53,931 bases of DNA from a virus. Lineage: Duplodnaviria > Caudoviricetes. The position numbers were made by a program, and so were the translations under genes. Below, in pieces: positions 1 through 9,120 of this stretch. The notes under the pieces were generated by a model that did not search any database, was not told where the DNA came from, and saw only the letters and a list, made by a program, of their open reading frames with translations. Position 1 is the stretch's first letter. Each line of letters starts with the position of its first letter. The stretch spans positions 1 through 53,931 of the IMG/VR virus record IMGVR_UViG_3300035667_000105. One strand, 5' to 3'.

Positions 1-1281
1 TTACCCTGTTCCGCCATCGTTTTCGGCTGCGCGCCGGGCGCGCCGTTTATCGGCGATTGCATTGCCTTTGGCGCCGCGGGTCCGGATGTAGCGAATAGTC
101 GTCTCGGTGTTCGTGTGCGTGAGCCCGTCGCGGATCTCCTCGATCGTCGCGCCGGCCTCATCCGCCTCGCCAGCTCCGCCGGCGCGGGCGTCCATGTTCC
201 AGACGGCGTCGGGAATGCCGGCGGCGCGGGCAATGTCACGAAACCAGTTGCCGTAGCTGCGCGCGCGGATCGGCAGGCCGTGCTGGCCCTTTACGATCGC
301 GCCGGTGCGTTAATCGTACGGGACGCTCTCAAGCAGGGGATGCAAGAGCGAGTAACGCGTGAGATCGAAGTCGTTGCCGGCCTTATATTTCGACTTCGAG
401 GTCTTCATATGCCAACGCCAGCCGGCGAGCCGTTCCCAGGTAAAGAAACCCGCCCACTGTTCGGTCGGCTTCACCGCCGGCAGATCCAGCGTCACGATGC
501 CCGCAGGCAGCTTGCGCTTGGCGCCGATCGGTGCCCATTCGCCGATGATGTCCATCTGGCGCAGCATCATCTCGAATTGAGCAGCAACGCCGATCGACAT
601 CATCCGTGCGCGCTCAACAGGAATGACGCCTTTGCGGCTCAATTCGAACGCGTTCCGGATGAACGCGGTGGCGTGCTGATAGGTGAGTTCTTCTTGGCGC
701 GCGCCGCCCTTCTCGAACTTGATCTTGGAGATGCGTTCGGCGAGCTTCTCGCAATCCTTGTGACCCAACGCCGCCATGAAATAGATCACGGTGCGCACCA
801 TGCTGACGGTGTCATGGGCGCGATCAATGCGCTCGGGTCCCCCCTCGAAAGCTGGCTGGCGCCAGCTCTTGTACCATTTGTTTTTTATATCGAGCACGGT
901 GACGTTGCGGATTAGCCTGGCCCCGACAGTCAACTCGATTCGACGCAGGGACTTGAGATAGAAAACCTGCGTCGTGAATTTTACCGTGTGGAAATCCGAA
1001 AGCGGATGTTCCTGATAGATCTTGCTGGCGGTCAGCATGGTGCCATCGTAACGAGTTTTGGTGAGTTGAGGCTCGGCCGCGCCGTTCGCGATGTGCTCTC
1101 GCAGTTCGGCGGTATGATCCTGGCAAAGCCGCGCGAGTTCATCGTCGGTCGCGCCCGGAGGCAACGGCCGCAAGGGATCGGGGAAGTCCATTGGAACGTC
1201 CCGCCTTACCTGTTTCGCATACCAGTACGGCAGGTTGTTGCGGCCGACTTTGAAGCCCGGTTTTTTTCCGCGGGGCGGCAC
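1..1281 (-). pseudogene. int: Tyrosine integrase interrupted by an in-frame TAA at 310-312
   Basis: ORFs 310..1398 and 1..195 share a frame. Reading through gives ...ESVPYD*RTGAIVKGQHGLPIRARSYGNWFRDIARAAGIPDAVWNMDARAGG...THTN...RYIR, with catalytic-type R (MLRQ), K (KTSK), R (MDAR), H and Y. GTG start at 1281 follows a GGAG SD. Confidence 0.88.
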
Positions 1282-1552
1282 CGAAGTTCTCCAGTCCGTC
1301 CTGGACATCAGCGGGGACACCGTCATCTGCTCCAACCCTGTTGTCATTGTCCAGCCAGCGCCGGACGCTTGGCCAATAAAAGCCGTTCCATTCATCACGA
1401 AACGGTGGAAAACCGCTTCTGTCGATCTTGCCGCGGATCAGCGCGCGGAATCGATCGCGGCCGAGTTTGGGCGAGACGAGGTCGTTGAGCTCGTCCCATC
1501 CCACGTAGAGACCGCCCGATTCGCCGGTGGATTTGGAGAGTAGCTCGGTCAT
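1139..1552 (-). CDS. Excisionase-like DNA-binding protein
   Basis: Directly upstream of and overlapping int; GFPPFRDEWNGFYWPSVRRWLD resembles Xis/AlpA-like winged helix. Confidence 0.6.
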   Translation of the reverse strand: MTELLSKSTGESGGLYVGWDELNDLVSPKLGRDRFRALIRGKIDRSGFPPFRDEWNGFYWPSVRRWLDNDNRVGADDGVPADVQDGLENFGAAPRKKTGLQSRPQQPAVLVCETGKAGRSNGLPRSLAAVASGRDRR

Positions 1553-1815
1553 CGCCTCTCCGAAGCGCGAATCGCGGCGTTCGTCTCCGCCATCATTTCA
1601 ACGACCAGATCGTGGGCCGCGACGGTCGGGTTAGCAACACGCGGAACCGCCAAATGGCATAAGCCTCGTTTCCACAGCGCCTCAATCGTGGCGTGCCTAT
1701 GAATGCACGTTCCATCCCATCCAGCCTCAATCCGACAAAGACCATTGCGCGCAACGATGTCGATCAGCGCGCGCTGTTGAGGCTTTGAAAGATCGTCGAA
1801 GGTTGACGTCGTCAT
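1549..1815 (-). CDS. Hypothetical phage protein (possible wHTH)
   Basis: ATGA coupling to both neighbours. Confidence 0.6.
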   Translation of the reverse strand: MTTSTFDDLSKPQQRALIDIVARNGLCRIEAGWDGTCIHRHATIEALWKRGLCHLAVPRVANPTVAAHDLVVEMMAETNAAIRASERR

Positions 1816-2075
1816 GCGGCAAGACCCTCCGCCGACGCGATGACGTCGCGCAGGTGTCCGTCGATCGCGACGTCCTGATCCGCGATCTCGCTGACCTCAA
1901 CACGGCTGCGCCATCTGCAGGTGCAAGTGGCAATGCAGAATACGTCGCTGCCGGCGACGTCGCGGGTTGTGGCGATGACATGCCGCCCTGCTACCGCCGG
2001 GTGCAGCCGCGGGCTATCCGAACGATGCCGATACCGGATGCGTGCTGCCAGGGCATTGCCGATCGCGGACGTCAT
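1812..2075 (-). CDS. Hypothetical protein with H/CxC motif
   Basis: ATGA coupling; ATCTCRW...H motif. Confidence 0.55.
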   Translation of the reverse strand: MTSAIGNALAARIRYRHRSDSPRLHPAVAGRHVIATTRDVAGSDVFCIATCTCRWRSRVEVSEIADQDVAIDGHLRDVIASAEGLAA

Positions 2076-2281
2076 GCTGCTTTTCCTTGAGACTTCGCAA
2101 CTTCGAAGCCCCATTCAACCAGCAGCCGAACCTGTTCCGAAAAGCTGGTTTGCTCAGAAACGGCCTGCGCACGGATCTGCGCGAATGTTTTCCGGTCGAA
2201 GCGCACCACGGTCTGCGGCGAAAGACGGTTGACGTCATCCGGGCTACAACATCCTTTTGCTGGTTCGCGCCGCCGCGTCAT
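2072..2281 (-). CDS. Ribbon-helix-helix DNA-binding protein
   Basis: TVVRFDRKTFAQIRAQAVSEQTSFSEQVRLLVEWG has a strand-helix-helix pattern. Confidence 0.65.
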   Translation of the reverse strand: MTRRREPAKGCCSPDDVNRLSPQTVVRFDRKTFAQIRAQAVSEQTSFSEQVRLLVEWGFEVAKSQGKAA

Positions 2282-2699
2282 GCCGCGTCCTCGCTGCGAT
2301 CGCGCCAGCCGAGCCGGGCTTGCTGCAGTGTCAGTTCATCGAGCAGCAGCCTGCCGCTGCCGCTGCGGATCGCGGCGCTAAGCGAGCGCTCGCGATCGGA
2401 ATGCGGCTTTGAAGAATGCGCGGCATTGACGCAGCCGCGGGTGATCAGCGGCGTCAGCTTGGTCGCCGCGGTGACGCAGGCGGAGAGCGGGATGCGTTCG
2501 TCGCTCACGCGAAAAACCCCATTCTGCAGCGCGCGCAGTAGCCGGAAACGCCGTCGGTCCAAATCGGGGCGTGAAGTGCCGGCGTCGCTGACGCAGGGCA
2601 TCGCTCGGCGCCGAAGAACTCACTATCGATCGGAGCGGCGCCGGCGGGATCGTCGACCTCTTCGAAATCCTCGACCGGCTCGCAGCTCATCCCTCGCAT
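2278..2699 (-). other. Two small overlapping hypothetical ORFs (2278..2601 and 2505..2699); starts uncertain
   Basis: ORF track; position in leftward operon. Confidence 0.4.
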
Positions 2700-2905
2700 C
2701 GCATCCTCCTGCCGGTTCCGGTGATGATCAGCAGCCCTTCGTCACGCCGCGGCAGCCAGCTTGCGATGCGGCCGATGTTGTCATGCAGCAGCGACAGCAC
2801 GCCGCTCTCGACGCAGGCCGAGCATTTCGGCGGATTGACGCAAAGCCAGGAGCAGCCGCCGACGCAGGCGCGGTTCTCGGTGCAGCCACAGCCGATGCAA
2901 CGCAT
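2687..2905 (-). CDS. Small Cys-rich Zn-binding protein
   Basis: MRCIGCGCTENRACVGGCSW...CSAC. Confidence 0.65.
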   Translation of the reverse strand: MRCIGCGCTENRACVGGCSWLCVNPPKCSACVESGVLSLLHDNIGRIASWLPRRDEGLLIITGTGRRMRCEG

Positions 2906-2906
2906 G

Positions 2907-3194
2907 TCAGTTTCCCCGCCGTTGGCGCCGGGCCTGGTGAAAGCCGTTGAGGTAGGCGAGCGCCTCCTCGGGCTTGCCGACGATGTCATCCGCGGTGAGC
3001 CGAAACAGGTTGGCGTCGCCATCGGCGCGGCCGCGCGCCACGATCGCGGGATCCATCCGGAAGCCGCCCTTGGCCATCGCTTGTGCGCCTGACACGATGG
3101 AGCGGGGCCCCGGGCTCGATACCGGTATCTCCCGCCTGGAGGGCGGACGCTCTGCTTGAGCTATCCCCGCGAACTTTTTCATCGGCGGTCCCAT
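2907..3194 (-). CDS. Hypothetical protein
   Basis: Operon-coupled ORF. Confidence 0.5.
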   Translation of the reverse strand: MGPPMKKFAGIAQAERPPSRREIPVSSPGPRSIVSGAQAMAKGGFRMDPAIVARGRADGDANLFRLTADDIVGKPEEALAYLNGFHQARRQRRGN

Positions 3195-3436
3195 GGCGTG
3201 ATCGCGCCGCGGTCGTAATCGAGGCAGTACTGCGCGCGGCGCAGATAGACGTGGTGTTCGTGGACGAAGCCGAAATGCGGCTCGTCATTGTCCGGAATGG
3301 CAATGTCGCCAGGCCGGGCAGGGCGCACGAACCAGCGGTCGGCATCGAGGCTCCAGCCCGCCGGCGCGTTGTCGTTACCTGGCGGCGCATCGAGGTTCCT
3401 CGCCATCGCAGCGACGGGATCGGAATCGGTGCTCAT
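3179..3436 (-). CDS. Hypothetical protein
   Basis: ATGA-coupled start MSTDSD. Confidence 0.5.
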   Translation of the reverse strand: MSTDSDPVAAMARNLDAPPGNDNAPAGWSLDADRWFVRPARPGDIAIPDNDEPHFGFVHEHHVYLRRAQYCLDYDRGAITPWDRR

Positions 3437-3927
3437 GACGCCGCCGCTCCCGCTTCTGTGGGCGCCCAACCAAGTCCGCGCAACTCCGTCTCGACCGCCT
3501 GCAGCCGGTCGGGGGTTTGGCCGTCGCGGAACGCGCCGTTGCCAAAGCCGTTCAGCAATTCGTTGCGTTCGTTTTCGAGATTTTCGCGCCGCAGGTCCGC
3601 GCGCTTGGTGACAGCCTCGGCGATGACGAACAGGCCGGGCAAATGCGACAGTACGCAGGATTCGCAGACTAGCACCTGGTGCGGGCCGTAGACCGCCTTG
3701 GCGAGGTCAGCGTCGGGGCCCATCGCCCGGGCGAGCGCGGGCGAACCGAGCATGAGTTCGAACCCGTGCTGGCGCTGGACCGATGCAACGTCGATCGCGA
3801 AGCGCTGCATTCGAAGCCGCCAGAACAGCGGATAGTTGCCGTGCCCGACGCCATTGTCGCACAACGCGCACGGCTGCAGCTCGCGCTGCTTGATGCCGGG
3901 GAGCTTGTCGATATCGCCCCGGGTCAT
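3433..3927 (-). CDS. Hypothetical protein with two CxxC motifs
   Basis: PCALC ... VCESC; coupled. Confidence 0.65.
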   Translation of the reverse strand: MTRGDIDKLPGIKQRELQPCALCDNGVGHGNYPLFWRLRMQRFAIDVASVQRQHGFELMLGSPALARAMGPDADLAKAVYGPHQVLVCESCVLSHLPGLFVIAEAVTKRADLRRENLENERNELLNGFGNGAFRDGQTPDRLQAVETELRGLGWAPTEAGAAAS

Positions 3928-4193
3928 GATGGGCGCGCCGCGTTGATTGCGCTAACGTTGATGGCTATTTTTTTGCCCATCGCATCGTCTCGGACCCACA
4001 CCATGGTCCAGTACCACCACTCGCTTTTGGTTCCGTGTTCGACAATGCGGCCCGTGCGAACAACGCCGTCCCGCAGGTACTGCACCTCGCGCCCAATCGT
4101 CAGGATGTTGAAGGCAGTGTTTTGGAACGCGCGGTCTGCGGCCCGCGCAACATCGCGGGCAATATTCAGATCGCTGAGGGGCGCTTCGGTCAT
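3924..4193 (-). CDS. Hypothetical protein
   Basis: ATGA coupling on both sides. Confidence 0.55.
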   Translation of the reverse strand: MTEAPLSDLNIARDVARAADRAFQNTAFNILTIGREVQYLRDGVVRTGRIVEHGTKSEWWYWTMVWVRDDAMGKKIAINVSAINAARPS

Positions 4194-4528
4194 GGCCGCG
4201 CCTCATTTGCGACGGCGGCTTTCGGCTTCTTCGACCACACGTTGACGTCGGCCGGCGCGTGTTCAGATATCCATTTCAGCCACGCCAACAACGCGTCGAC
4301 AGCGGCGAGTTGGTCGGGAGCCTCGGGCACGCCCGGCACGAGCAGGCAATCAGACCCCGGGATTTTGGTGACCCGGCCGCGCACCTTGTGCGTCTTGTAG
4401 CCGTGGCGAGCCTTTGCATCGATAAAATCGCGAAGCTGGCTCGCGGGTCCGCTCGCGATCGGCAAAGCGCCGTCAGGCATCGACCGGCCGAACTCGATCA
4501 AGCCGGAGGCGTAGCAGAATGCGCGCAT
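4190..4528 (-). CDS. Protein of the family usually annotated 'host nuclease inhibitor'
   Basis: MRAFCYASGLIEFG..PDGALPIA..ARHGY..LLVPGVPEA signature; first gene of leftward operon with GAGG SD. Confidence 0.6.
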   Translation of the reverse strand: MRAFCYASGLIEFGRSMPDGALPIASGPASQLRDFIDAKARHGYKTHKVRGRVTKIPGSDCLLVPGVPEAPDQLAAVDALLAWLKWISEHAPADVNVWSKKPKAAVANEARP

Positions 4529-4540
4529 CGGTTCCTCATC

Positions 4541-4603
4541 AAAAAATCACGCGGGCCGGGTCCTAGATCGAAGCCAAGGCTGGTTTCAAAACCGGCCCGC
4601 GTG
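4541..4603 (-). terminator. Attenuator/terminator-like stem in pL leader
   Basis: 12-bp perfect stem CACGCGGGCCGG/CCGGCCCGCGTG followed by ATTTTTT on the minus strand. Confidence 0.5.
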
Positions 4604-4699
4604 GCCGCCGGACGCACACTGAAAACACACCGGCGGAAGGTTACGGGAGTGACCGGGCATCACCTTGCCGGCCGCGCGACTCACGCCGCGGTCCCCGAG

Positions 4700-4752
4700 T
4701 CGTATTCCTAAAAATTAGGATATTCAAGAAAAAATATCCTAAAAAATAGGAT
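4700..4752 (-). promoter_or_regulatory. pL-like promoter with two operators
   Basis: TCCTAAAAATTAGGA (4706-4720) and TCCTAAAAAATAGGA (4737-4751); TTGAAT -35-like box on the minus strand between them. Confidence 0.75.
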
Positions 4753-4847
4753 GCCCGTCTAGGTTGGTAGAGGAAAGCGAGTTTTAATGATGAGCTAGCG
4801 CGTTGCGTGAGTTTTCAACGACCAATAAAATTGCGTGGAGAAAACAA

Positions 4848-5099
4848 ATGACAGCGGCAGCTCGTGAAGCCCGGCATTGGAGCCTGGCGTTACAAATCGC
4901 AGCCCAAGTGCCGGTCGAGGAGCCGGATGCGTGGATTGTGCTAGCTTGCGTAAAAGATTTGATGGAGGAAGTTTTTAAAAACCGGGACGGGAGCGAACTC
5001 GCGCTTGGCGAGAATCAGCTCTTATTTTTTCCATCCGACGGCAAGAGCCCAAGGCGCCGAAGGACGTCGAGAGGCAGCCCTTCGGCCTTTCCGAAGTAG
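4848..5099 (+). CDS. Hypothetical immunity-region protein, convergent with and overlapping the repressor
   Basis: GGAG SD, ATG at 4848. Confidence 0.6.
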   Translation: MTAAAREARHWSLALQIAAQVPVEEPDAWIVLACVKDLMEEVFKNRDGSELALGENQLLFFPSDGKSPRRRRTSRGSPSAFPK

Positions 5100-5380
5100 A
5101 GCCAATCGAGGGTTACGCCGGGAAGTCGTTGCACGATCTTGAAGGCGGCCTGCCGGCTTAGCGCCCCGCCATTTTCGAACGTACTCAATGTGGTCACTGG
5201 AATGCCCAGGAAGACTGCAAACGCTGTCGTTGTGCCAAAATCATAGGCCACGCGAAGGCGTATCAAGCGATCGCCTTGACCCGGTATTTCCTCTATTCGT
5301 GTCGGCTTTTTTGCCGGTCGACCCTTCTTCGCCATGGGGTGGGAGGGTGCCGCGTCGGCAGATTCGGCACCATTGAACAT
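5015..5380 (-). CDS. CI-like XRE-family HTH repressor without a peptidase domain
   Basis: RLIRLRVAY..TTTAFAVFLGIPVTTLSTFENG..GVTLDWLYFG HTH; divergent from Cro-like gene. Confidence 0.85.
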   Translation of the reverse strand: MFNGAESADAAPSHPMAKKGRPAKKPTRIEEIPGQGDRLIRLRVAYDFGTTTAFAVFLGIPVTTLSTFENGGALSRQAAFKIVQRLPGVTLDWLYFGKAEGLPLDVLRRLGLLPSDGKNKS

Positions 5381-5390
5381 TTTCGGTACC

Positions 5391-5420
5391 TTGCACTTCC
5401 TAAAAATCAGGATATTGATT
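5391..5420 (+). promoter_or_regulatory. pR-like promoter with operator
   Basis: TTGCAC followed by TCCTAAAAATCAGGA (5398-5412) in the spacer. Confidence 0.7.
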
Positions 5421-5425
5421 CCAGC

Positions 5426-5677
5426 ATGGCCCGAAATGGCGAATCGCGAACGCTTGGTTCGACCGCGGAAGTGATGACCGCCCTCGACGGTATCACTGGC
5501 GTGATGAAGCTGACCGGCGCGCCGTATAAGCGCGTCTGGGAATGGGATAAGGACCGGACGTTTCCGTCAAAATATTTTGCGGTGATGGATTGGGCTTTGC
5601 GAAAAAAGCGGCTCCGCGCGCCGCCTTCACTTTGGGGGCAGGTGACGGTACCGGAAATGCAAAAGGTGGCGGCATGA
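5426..5677 (+). CDS. Cro-like small HTH protein
   Basis: AEVMTALDGITGVMKLTGAPYKRVWEW..FPSKY; divergent from CI. Confidence 0.8.
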   Translation: MARNGESRTLGSTAEVMTALDGITGVMKLTGAPYKRVWEWDKDRTFPSKYFAVMDWALRKKRLRAPPSLWGQVTVPEMQKVAA

Positions 5678-5881
5678 TCGTGACGAGCACTCAACGCTGG
5701 ATACACGCGAAAGCTTTGGGGCCGGCTGCCACAGAGTCGAGTCGCCGTCGAGCGGCTTTTCGCGCCTGTGGAAAACTGGCGATAGGACCGTTGTCCAATC
5801 GCGCCTGTGGATAACCGTTTTTACATTTTGGTCTGTTCTGTTGCGTTCGCGTCCCTATCCCCGCAAGTCCCTGAGGACGCG

Positions 5882-6100
5882 ATGACTTTGCTGCGCGATC
5901 GGCGCCTTCCACCATTTCAGACGAACGCGCCGCTGCAGGAACGCGCGGCGTTGATCGTCATCGCCGCCTTCGGGCTGGCCATCGTGCTGGTCTTTGTCGG
6001 CGTGGTGGCGTTGCTCAGCTCGCTGCTGCCGGCGCCGGCGCCGCCGCAGCGCTTCACCGCGCCGCCGTTCACACTCGATTTTGCGGCGGTGACCCGATGA
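5882..6100 (+). CDS. Small single-TM protein
   Basis: GAGG SD; hydrophobic stretch LIVIAAFGLAIVLVFVGVVALL. Confidence 0.55.
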   Translation: MTLLRDRRLPPFQTNAPLQERAALIVIAAFGLAIVLVFVGVVALLSSLLPAPAPPQRFTAPPFTLDFAAVTR

Positions 6101-6216
6101 CGCCGGCGGCGGAAAAAATCCGTGTCGCGCGGCAGTTGATCATCGTGCTGATCGTCTCCGCGATCTGCACGCTAGCCGCGGCCTACATCGCAACAATTAC
6201 AGCGACGCCGGTGTGA
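6097..6216 (+). CDS. 39-aa single-TM peptide (not in ORF track)
   Basis: ATGA-coupled; MTPAAEKIRVARQLIIVLIVSAICTLAAAYIATITATPV. Confidence 0.5.
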   Translation: MTPAAEKIRVARQLIIVLIVSAICTLAAAYIATITATPV

Positions 6217-6219
6217 ACG

Positions 6220-6606
6220 ATGGCGGTGCCGCGTAACAGCATCAGGAATTCCGCGCCGGCCGGACGCCCGGTACTCCAGACTAAGAAAGGCACTCATCGA
6301 AAGTTGGAAGGGAAAGCTGCCGCCGGGTGCTCAGACCCGGCGGTTCCTCTCATAATCGACCCATTCGGCATGAACCCGTTACGGCTTGGGGCGCGGTGCA
6401 CCATACGGCAGACCACCACCAAGCGCCTGTCCGTTCCGCGCACGCGCCGCCGCGATTACCGATACGTGGTCTCCTTCGCGGTTGAGTTGGACGGCCGCGC
6501 GCGATGGACCGGCGGTGTTGAGCCGACCGATCTAACCTTGGTCAACGTTCAACGAATGATCGATCGCCGATTCTGCAGCGAGCGCCATGCCGGAGCGCTG
6601 CGATGA
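6220..6606 (+). CDS. Hypothetical protein (start uncertain)
   Basis: Stop overlaps the replication gene start (ATGA). Confidence 0.45.
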   Translation: MAVPRNSIRNSAPAGRPVLQTKKGTHRKLEGKAAAGCSDPAVPLIIDPFGMNPLRLGARCTIRQTTTKRLSVPRTRRRDYRYVVSFAVELDGRARWTGGVEPTDLTLVNVQRMIDRRFCSERHAGALR

Positions 6607-7667
6607 CCCGCGAGGAGCGCGAGAAAAAATTCAATTACGACCGGCTCGCGTTGTCGGACCGCATCCGGCGCGACGACCGGCTCACCGGCTCATTCCGTAT
6701 CGTCGGCGCCGAGCTGGCGTCGCGGCTGTCGTTCAGTTCCGGAGTTGCGGAGGCGGACCAGCTCTTTCTCGAGAAAGAACTCGGGCTGTCGCTGCGAACG
6801 GTGAAGATGGCAGTCAAGGCGCTGCAGCTGACCGGGTACTTCGAGGTGGTGCGGCCCGGACGGCGCAGCAGCAATCGCTACCGGCCGATTTTCGACGCTC
6901 CAGAGGTGCAGAATTTGCACCTGCCGGAAAGCCGAGAGGTGCAGAATTTGCCCCTGCCAGAGGCTGGGAGGGGCAAAAAAGGGTCGCCAGAGGTGCAAAA
7001 AACGACCGCCGGGAGGGGCAAAATTTGCCCCACTAGTACTTTCTTTAAAGATTTCTTTCCCTCTCTTTCTGGCAGCGCCGCGGGCGCGGCCGCCAGCGCG
7101 CCTGACGGCGCTGGCGGCTCGCCGCGGCAAAACCTCGACCGCCTGAGTGCGCGGCTGCAGCAGCGGCTTGGCGATGGGGTATTCGCGGCCTGGTTCGGAG
7201 CAAAACTCACAGGGGCACATTTTGCACCTGACGCCGTGACGCTCAGTTTCCCGACCGAGTTTCACGCCAACCACGTCCGCACCCATTTCGAGGCTGCGAT
7301 CCTGGAATGCGGCCGCGCCGATCTTCCCGACCTGCAGCGCGTCGCGATCGCCGTCGCCAGGGCCGCACCGGCGCGGCCTGAAAATCCGGACGCGCGCTGG
7401 CTGCTCGACGAAGGCGCGCCGCTGGTCGGCGATGCGATGGGCTTTGCCCCCGACAAGGCGGCGGCGGCGGTGTGGGAATGGCTGAAGCGCTGCGGCGACG
7501 ATCCCGCAGGCCTGCGCCGCATCATCGCCGACGCCGCGGCGCGCGGGCTCACCGGCGATCAATTCCGCGACGTCCTGCAGCTGCGCACCAAGGAGCTGCT
7601 GTTCGCCGACCAGAAGAAGCTGCCGTTCAAACCCACGGCGGTGAACACCGAAAGGAAAGCGTCATGA
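6603..7667 (+). CDS. Phage replication initiator (N-terminal wHTH plus DnaA N-terminal-like domain)
   Basis: LEKELGLSLRTVKMAVKALQLTGYF wHTH; LGDGVFAAWF..VTLSFPTEFHANHVRTHF resembles DnaA_N; internal iterons. Confidence 0.8.
   Translation: MTREEREKKFNYDRLALSDRIRRDDRLTGSFRIVGAELASRLSFSSGVAEADQLFLEKELGLSLRTVKMAVKALQLTGYFEVVRPGRRSSNRYRPIFDAPEVQNLHLPESREVQNLPLPEAGRGKKGSPEVQKTTAGRGKICPTSTFFKDFFPSLSGSAAGAAASAPDGAGGSPRQNLDRLSARLQQRLGDGVFAAWFGAKLTGAHFAPDAVTLSFPTEFHANHVRTHFEAAILECGRADLPDLQRVAIAVARAAPARPENPDARWLLDEGAPLVGDAMGFAPDKAAAAVWEWLKRCGDDPAGLRRIIADAAARGLTGDQFRDVLQLRTKELLFADQKKLPFKPTAVNTERKAS
6904..7062. repeat. Iteron array plus AT-rich tract (probable origin)
   Basis: AGGTGCAGAATTTGCACCT, AGGTGCAGAATTTGCCCCT, two half-sites and AGGGGCAAAATTTGCCCC, then ACTAGTACTTTCTTTAAAGATTTCTTT. 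Confidence 0.75.
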
Positions 7668-7987
7668 CTGATACCGAAATTGATCAATCCGCAGCGGCCG
7701 CGTTGGTGGCGACTAGCGTGGCTTCGGGATTCCGGTCGGACGGCCAGATCCTGCTCGATCGCTATCTCGCCCAGTTCAATCGGTTGCTGGAGCTGCATCG
7801 CCGCCTGGTCACGCTGCGCGGCGCGATCGTGGCCACGCCTGCGCCGAGCACGGGCGCCGACAAGCCGGAACAACCGCAGCCAAAATCGACGCCGTTGTTT
7901 GCCGGCCTAAGCATGATCGCGGACGCCGACGAGACCGTCATCAAGGCGCTCGAAAATGACATCGACGATCTGACGAAGCTGTTCTGA
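7664..7987 (+). CDS. Hypothetical protein
   Basis: ATGA-coupled, AAAGGA SD. Confidence 0.6.
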   Translation: MTDTEIDQSAAAALVATSVASGFRSDGQILLDRYLAQFNRLLELHRRLVTLRGAIVATPAPSTGADKPEQPQPKSTPLFAGLSMIADADETVIKALENDIDDLTKLF

Positions 7988-8253
7988 TGCCCACCGCTGC
8001 AGCGAAAGAAGAGCCAGCGACCAAGTTCGCCAAGGATCAGCTGAAGGCGATCGTCGAGCGCATCGAGCGGCTCGAGGAGGAAAAGAAAACCATCTCCGAC
8101 GACATCCGCGACGTCTACGCCGAAGCCAAGGGCAACGGTTTTGACGTCAAGGCGCTGCGTAGCGTGGTGCGGCTGCGCAAGATGGACGCCAACGAGCGCC
8201 AGGAACACGAGACCATCCTGGAAACCTATCTGCAGGCGCTGGGAATGCTGTGA
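7987..8253 (+). CDS. gapR: GapR/DUF2312-family nucleoid-associated protein
   Basis: [41 protein letters not shown] signature. Confidence 0.92.
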   Translation: MPTAAAKEEPATKFAKDQLKAIVERIERLEEEKKTISDDIRDVYAEAKGNGFDVKALRSVVRLRKMDANERQEHETILETYLQALGML

Positions 8254-8287
8254 TGAACGCTCATTCCCAAGACCGGAGAATCGGCCC

Positions 8288-8590
8288 ATGGCCAAGATAG
8301 AGCAGCGTGCACAAATCACGTGCGACGTCGTCGTGCGCCTTACGGAGGCTGAAATACGTTTTCTTGACGCCCTCGTCGGGTACGGCTGGAAGAGCTTCAT
8401 TAAAGTCTTCGAAGCGCAACTTGGATCCGCCTATAGCCAGGACCATCATGACGGCGGCAAGCTTTTCTTTGAAACGATCGGCTGCGCTACGGGGATATTG
8501 CGACGGGTTGATGAAGCTCGCGCTGTATTCTCGGACGAGAAAGAGGCGCGCAGGCCATCACCTAAACCGGAAGGCCAGGTCGCCTCATGA
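8288..8590 (+). CDS. Hypothetical protein
   Basis: GGAG SD; coupled to the next gene. Confidence 0.6.
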   Translation: MAKIEQRAQITCDVVVRLTEAEIRFLDALVGYGWKSFIKVFEAQLGSAYSQDHHDGGKLFFETIGCATGILRRVDEARAVFSDEKEARRPSPKPEGQVAS

Positions 8591-9102
8591 ACGCGCCGCA
8601 ACCCAGCGCCACCTTCATCCAGGCGATACGGTCCAATTTCGGCCCGCTGCCGATCGAGCAGTCGCTGCAGACACGGTTCGATCTATCGGCGACGCCATGG
8701 CGGCTGATCGTACTGAACTATCGAAACGACATTTGCTGCCTGGTCGACGCGATCGATTATGCCTGGCTTGTCGAACACACCTGGAACGAATGGTGGAGCG
8801 GGCGCGCGCGCTGGCAGCTCTATGCCAAGCGCAACATCGGCCCCGACCGCGCCACGCTGCGGATGCATCGCGAGATCCTGAAAATCGCCGATCCGCGCAC
8901 CGAGCGCGCGATGCTCGATCTGCATGGCGATCACCGCAACGGGCAGACGCTGGACAACCGGCGCGCCAATCTGCGCTGGCTGACGCCGGCGGATAACCGC
9001 GCCAACACTCACGCGCGTGAGCGCATTCCAACGCTCGAGCTGATCATCGGCCGGTTGCTGGCGGGGCTGCCGGCGGACGGTGCCCATGACATTCCGTTCT
9101 AA
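8587..9102 (+). CDS. HNH endonuclease
   Basis: MHREIL..DHRNGQTLDNRRANLR. Confidence 0.85.
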   Translation: MNAPQPSATFIQAIRSNFGPLPIEQSLQTRFDLSATPWRLIVLNYRNDICCLVDAIDYAWLVEHTWNEWWSGRARWQLYAKRNIGPDRATLRMHREILKIADPRTERAMLDLHGDHRNGQTLDNRRANLRWLTPADNRANTHARERIPTLELIIGRLLAGLPADGAHDIPF

Positions 9103-9120
9103 GGAGGGATATACCCGTTC

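Noticed and set aside
1258-1272. Xis-Int frameshift fusion at the A7 run
   Set aside because: It would need a +1 shift, and int has its own SD and GTG start.
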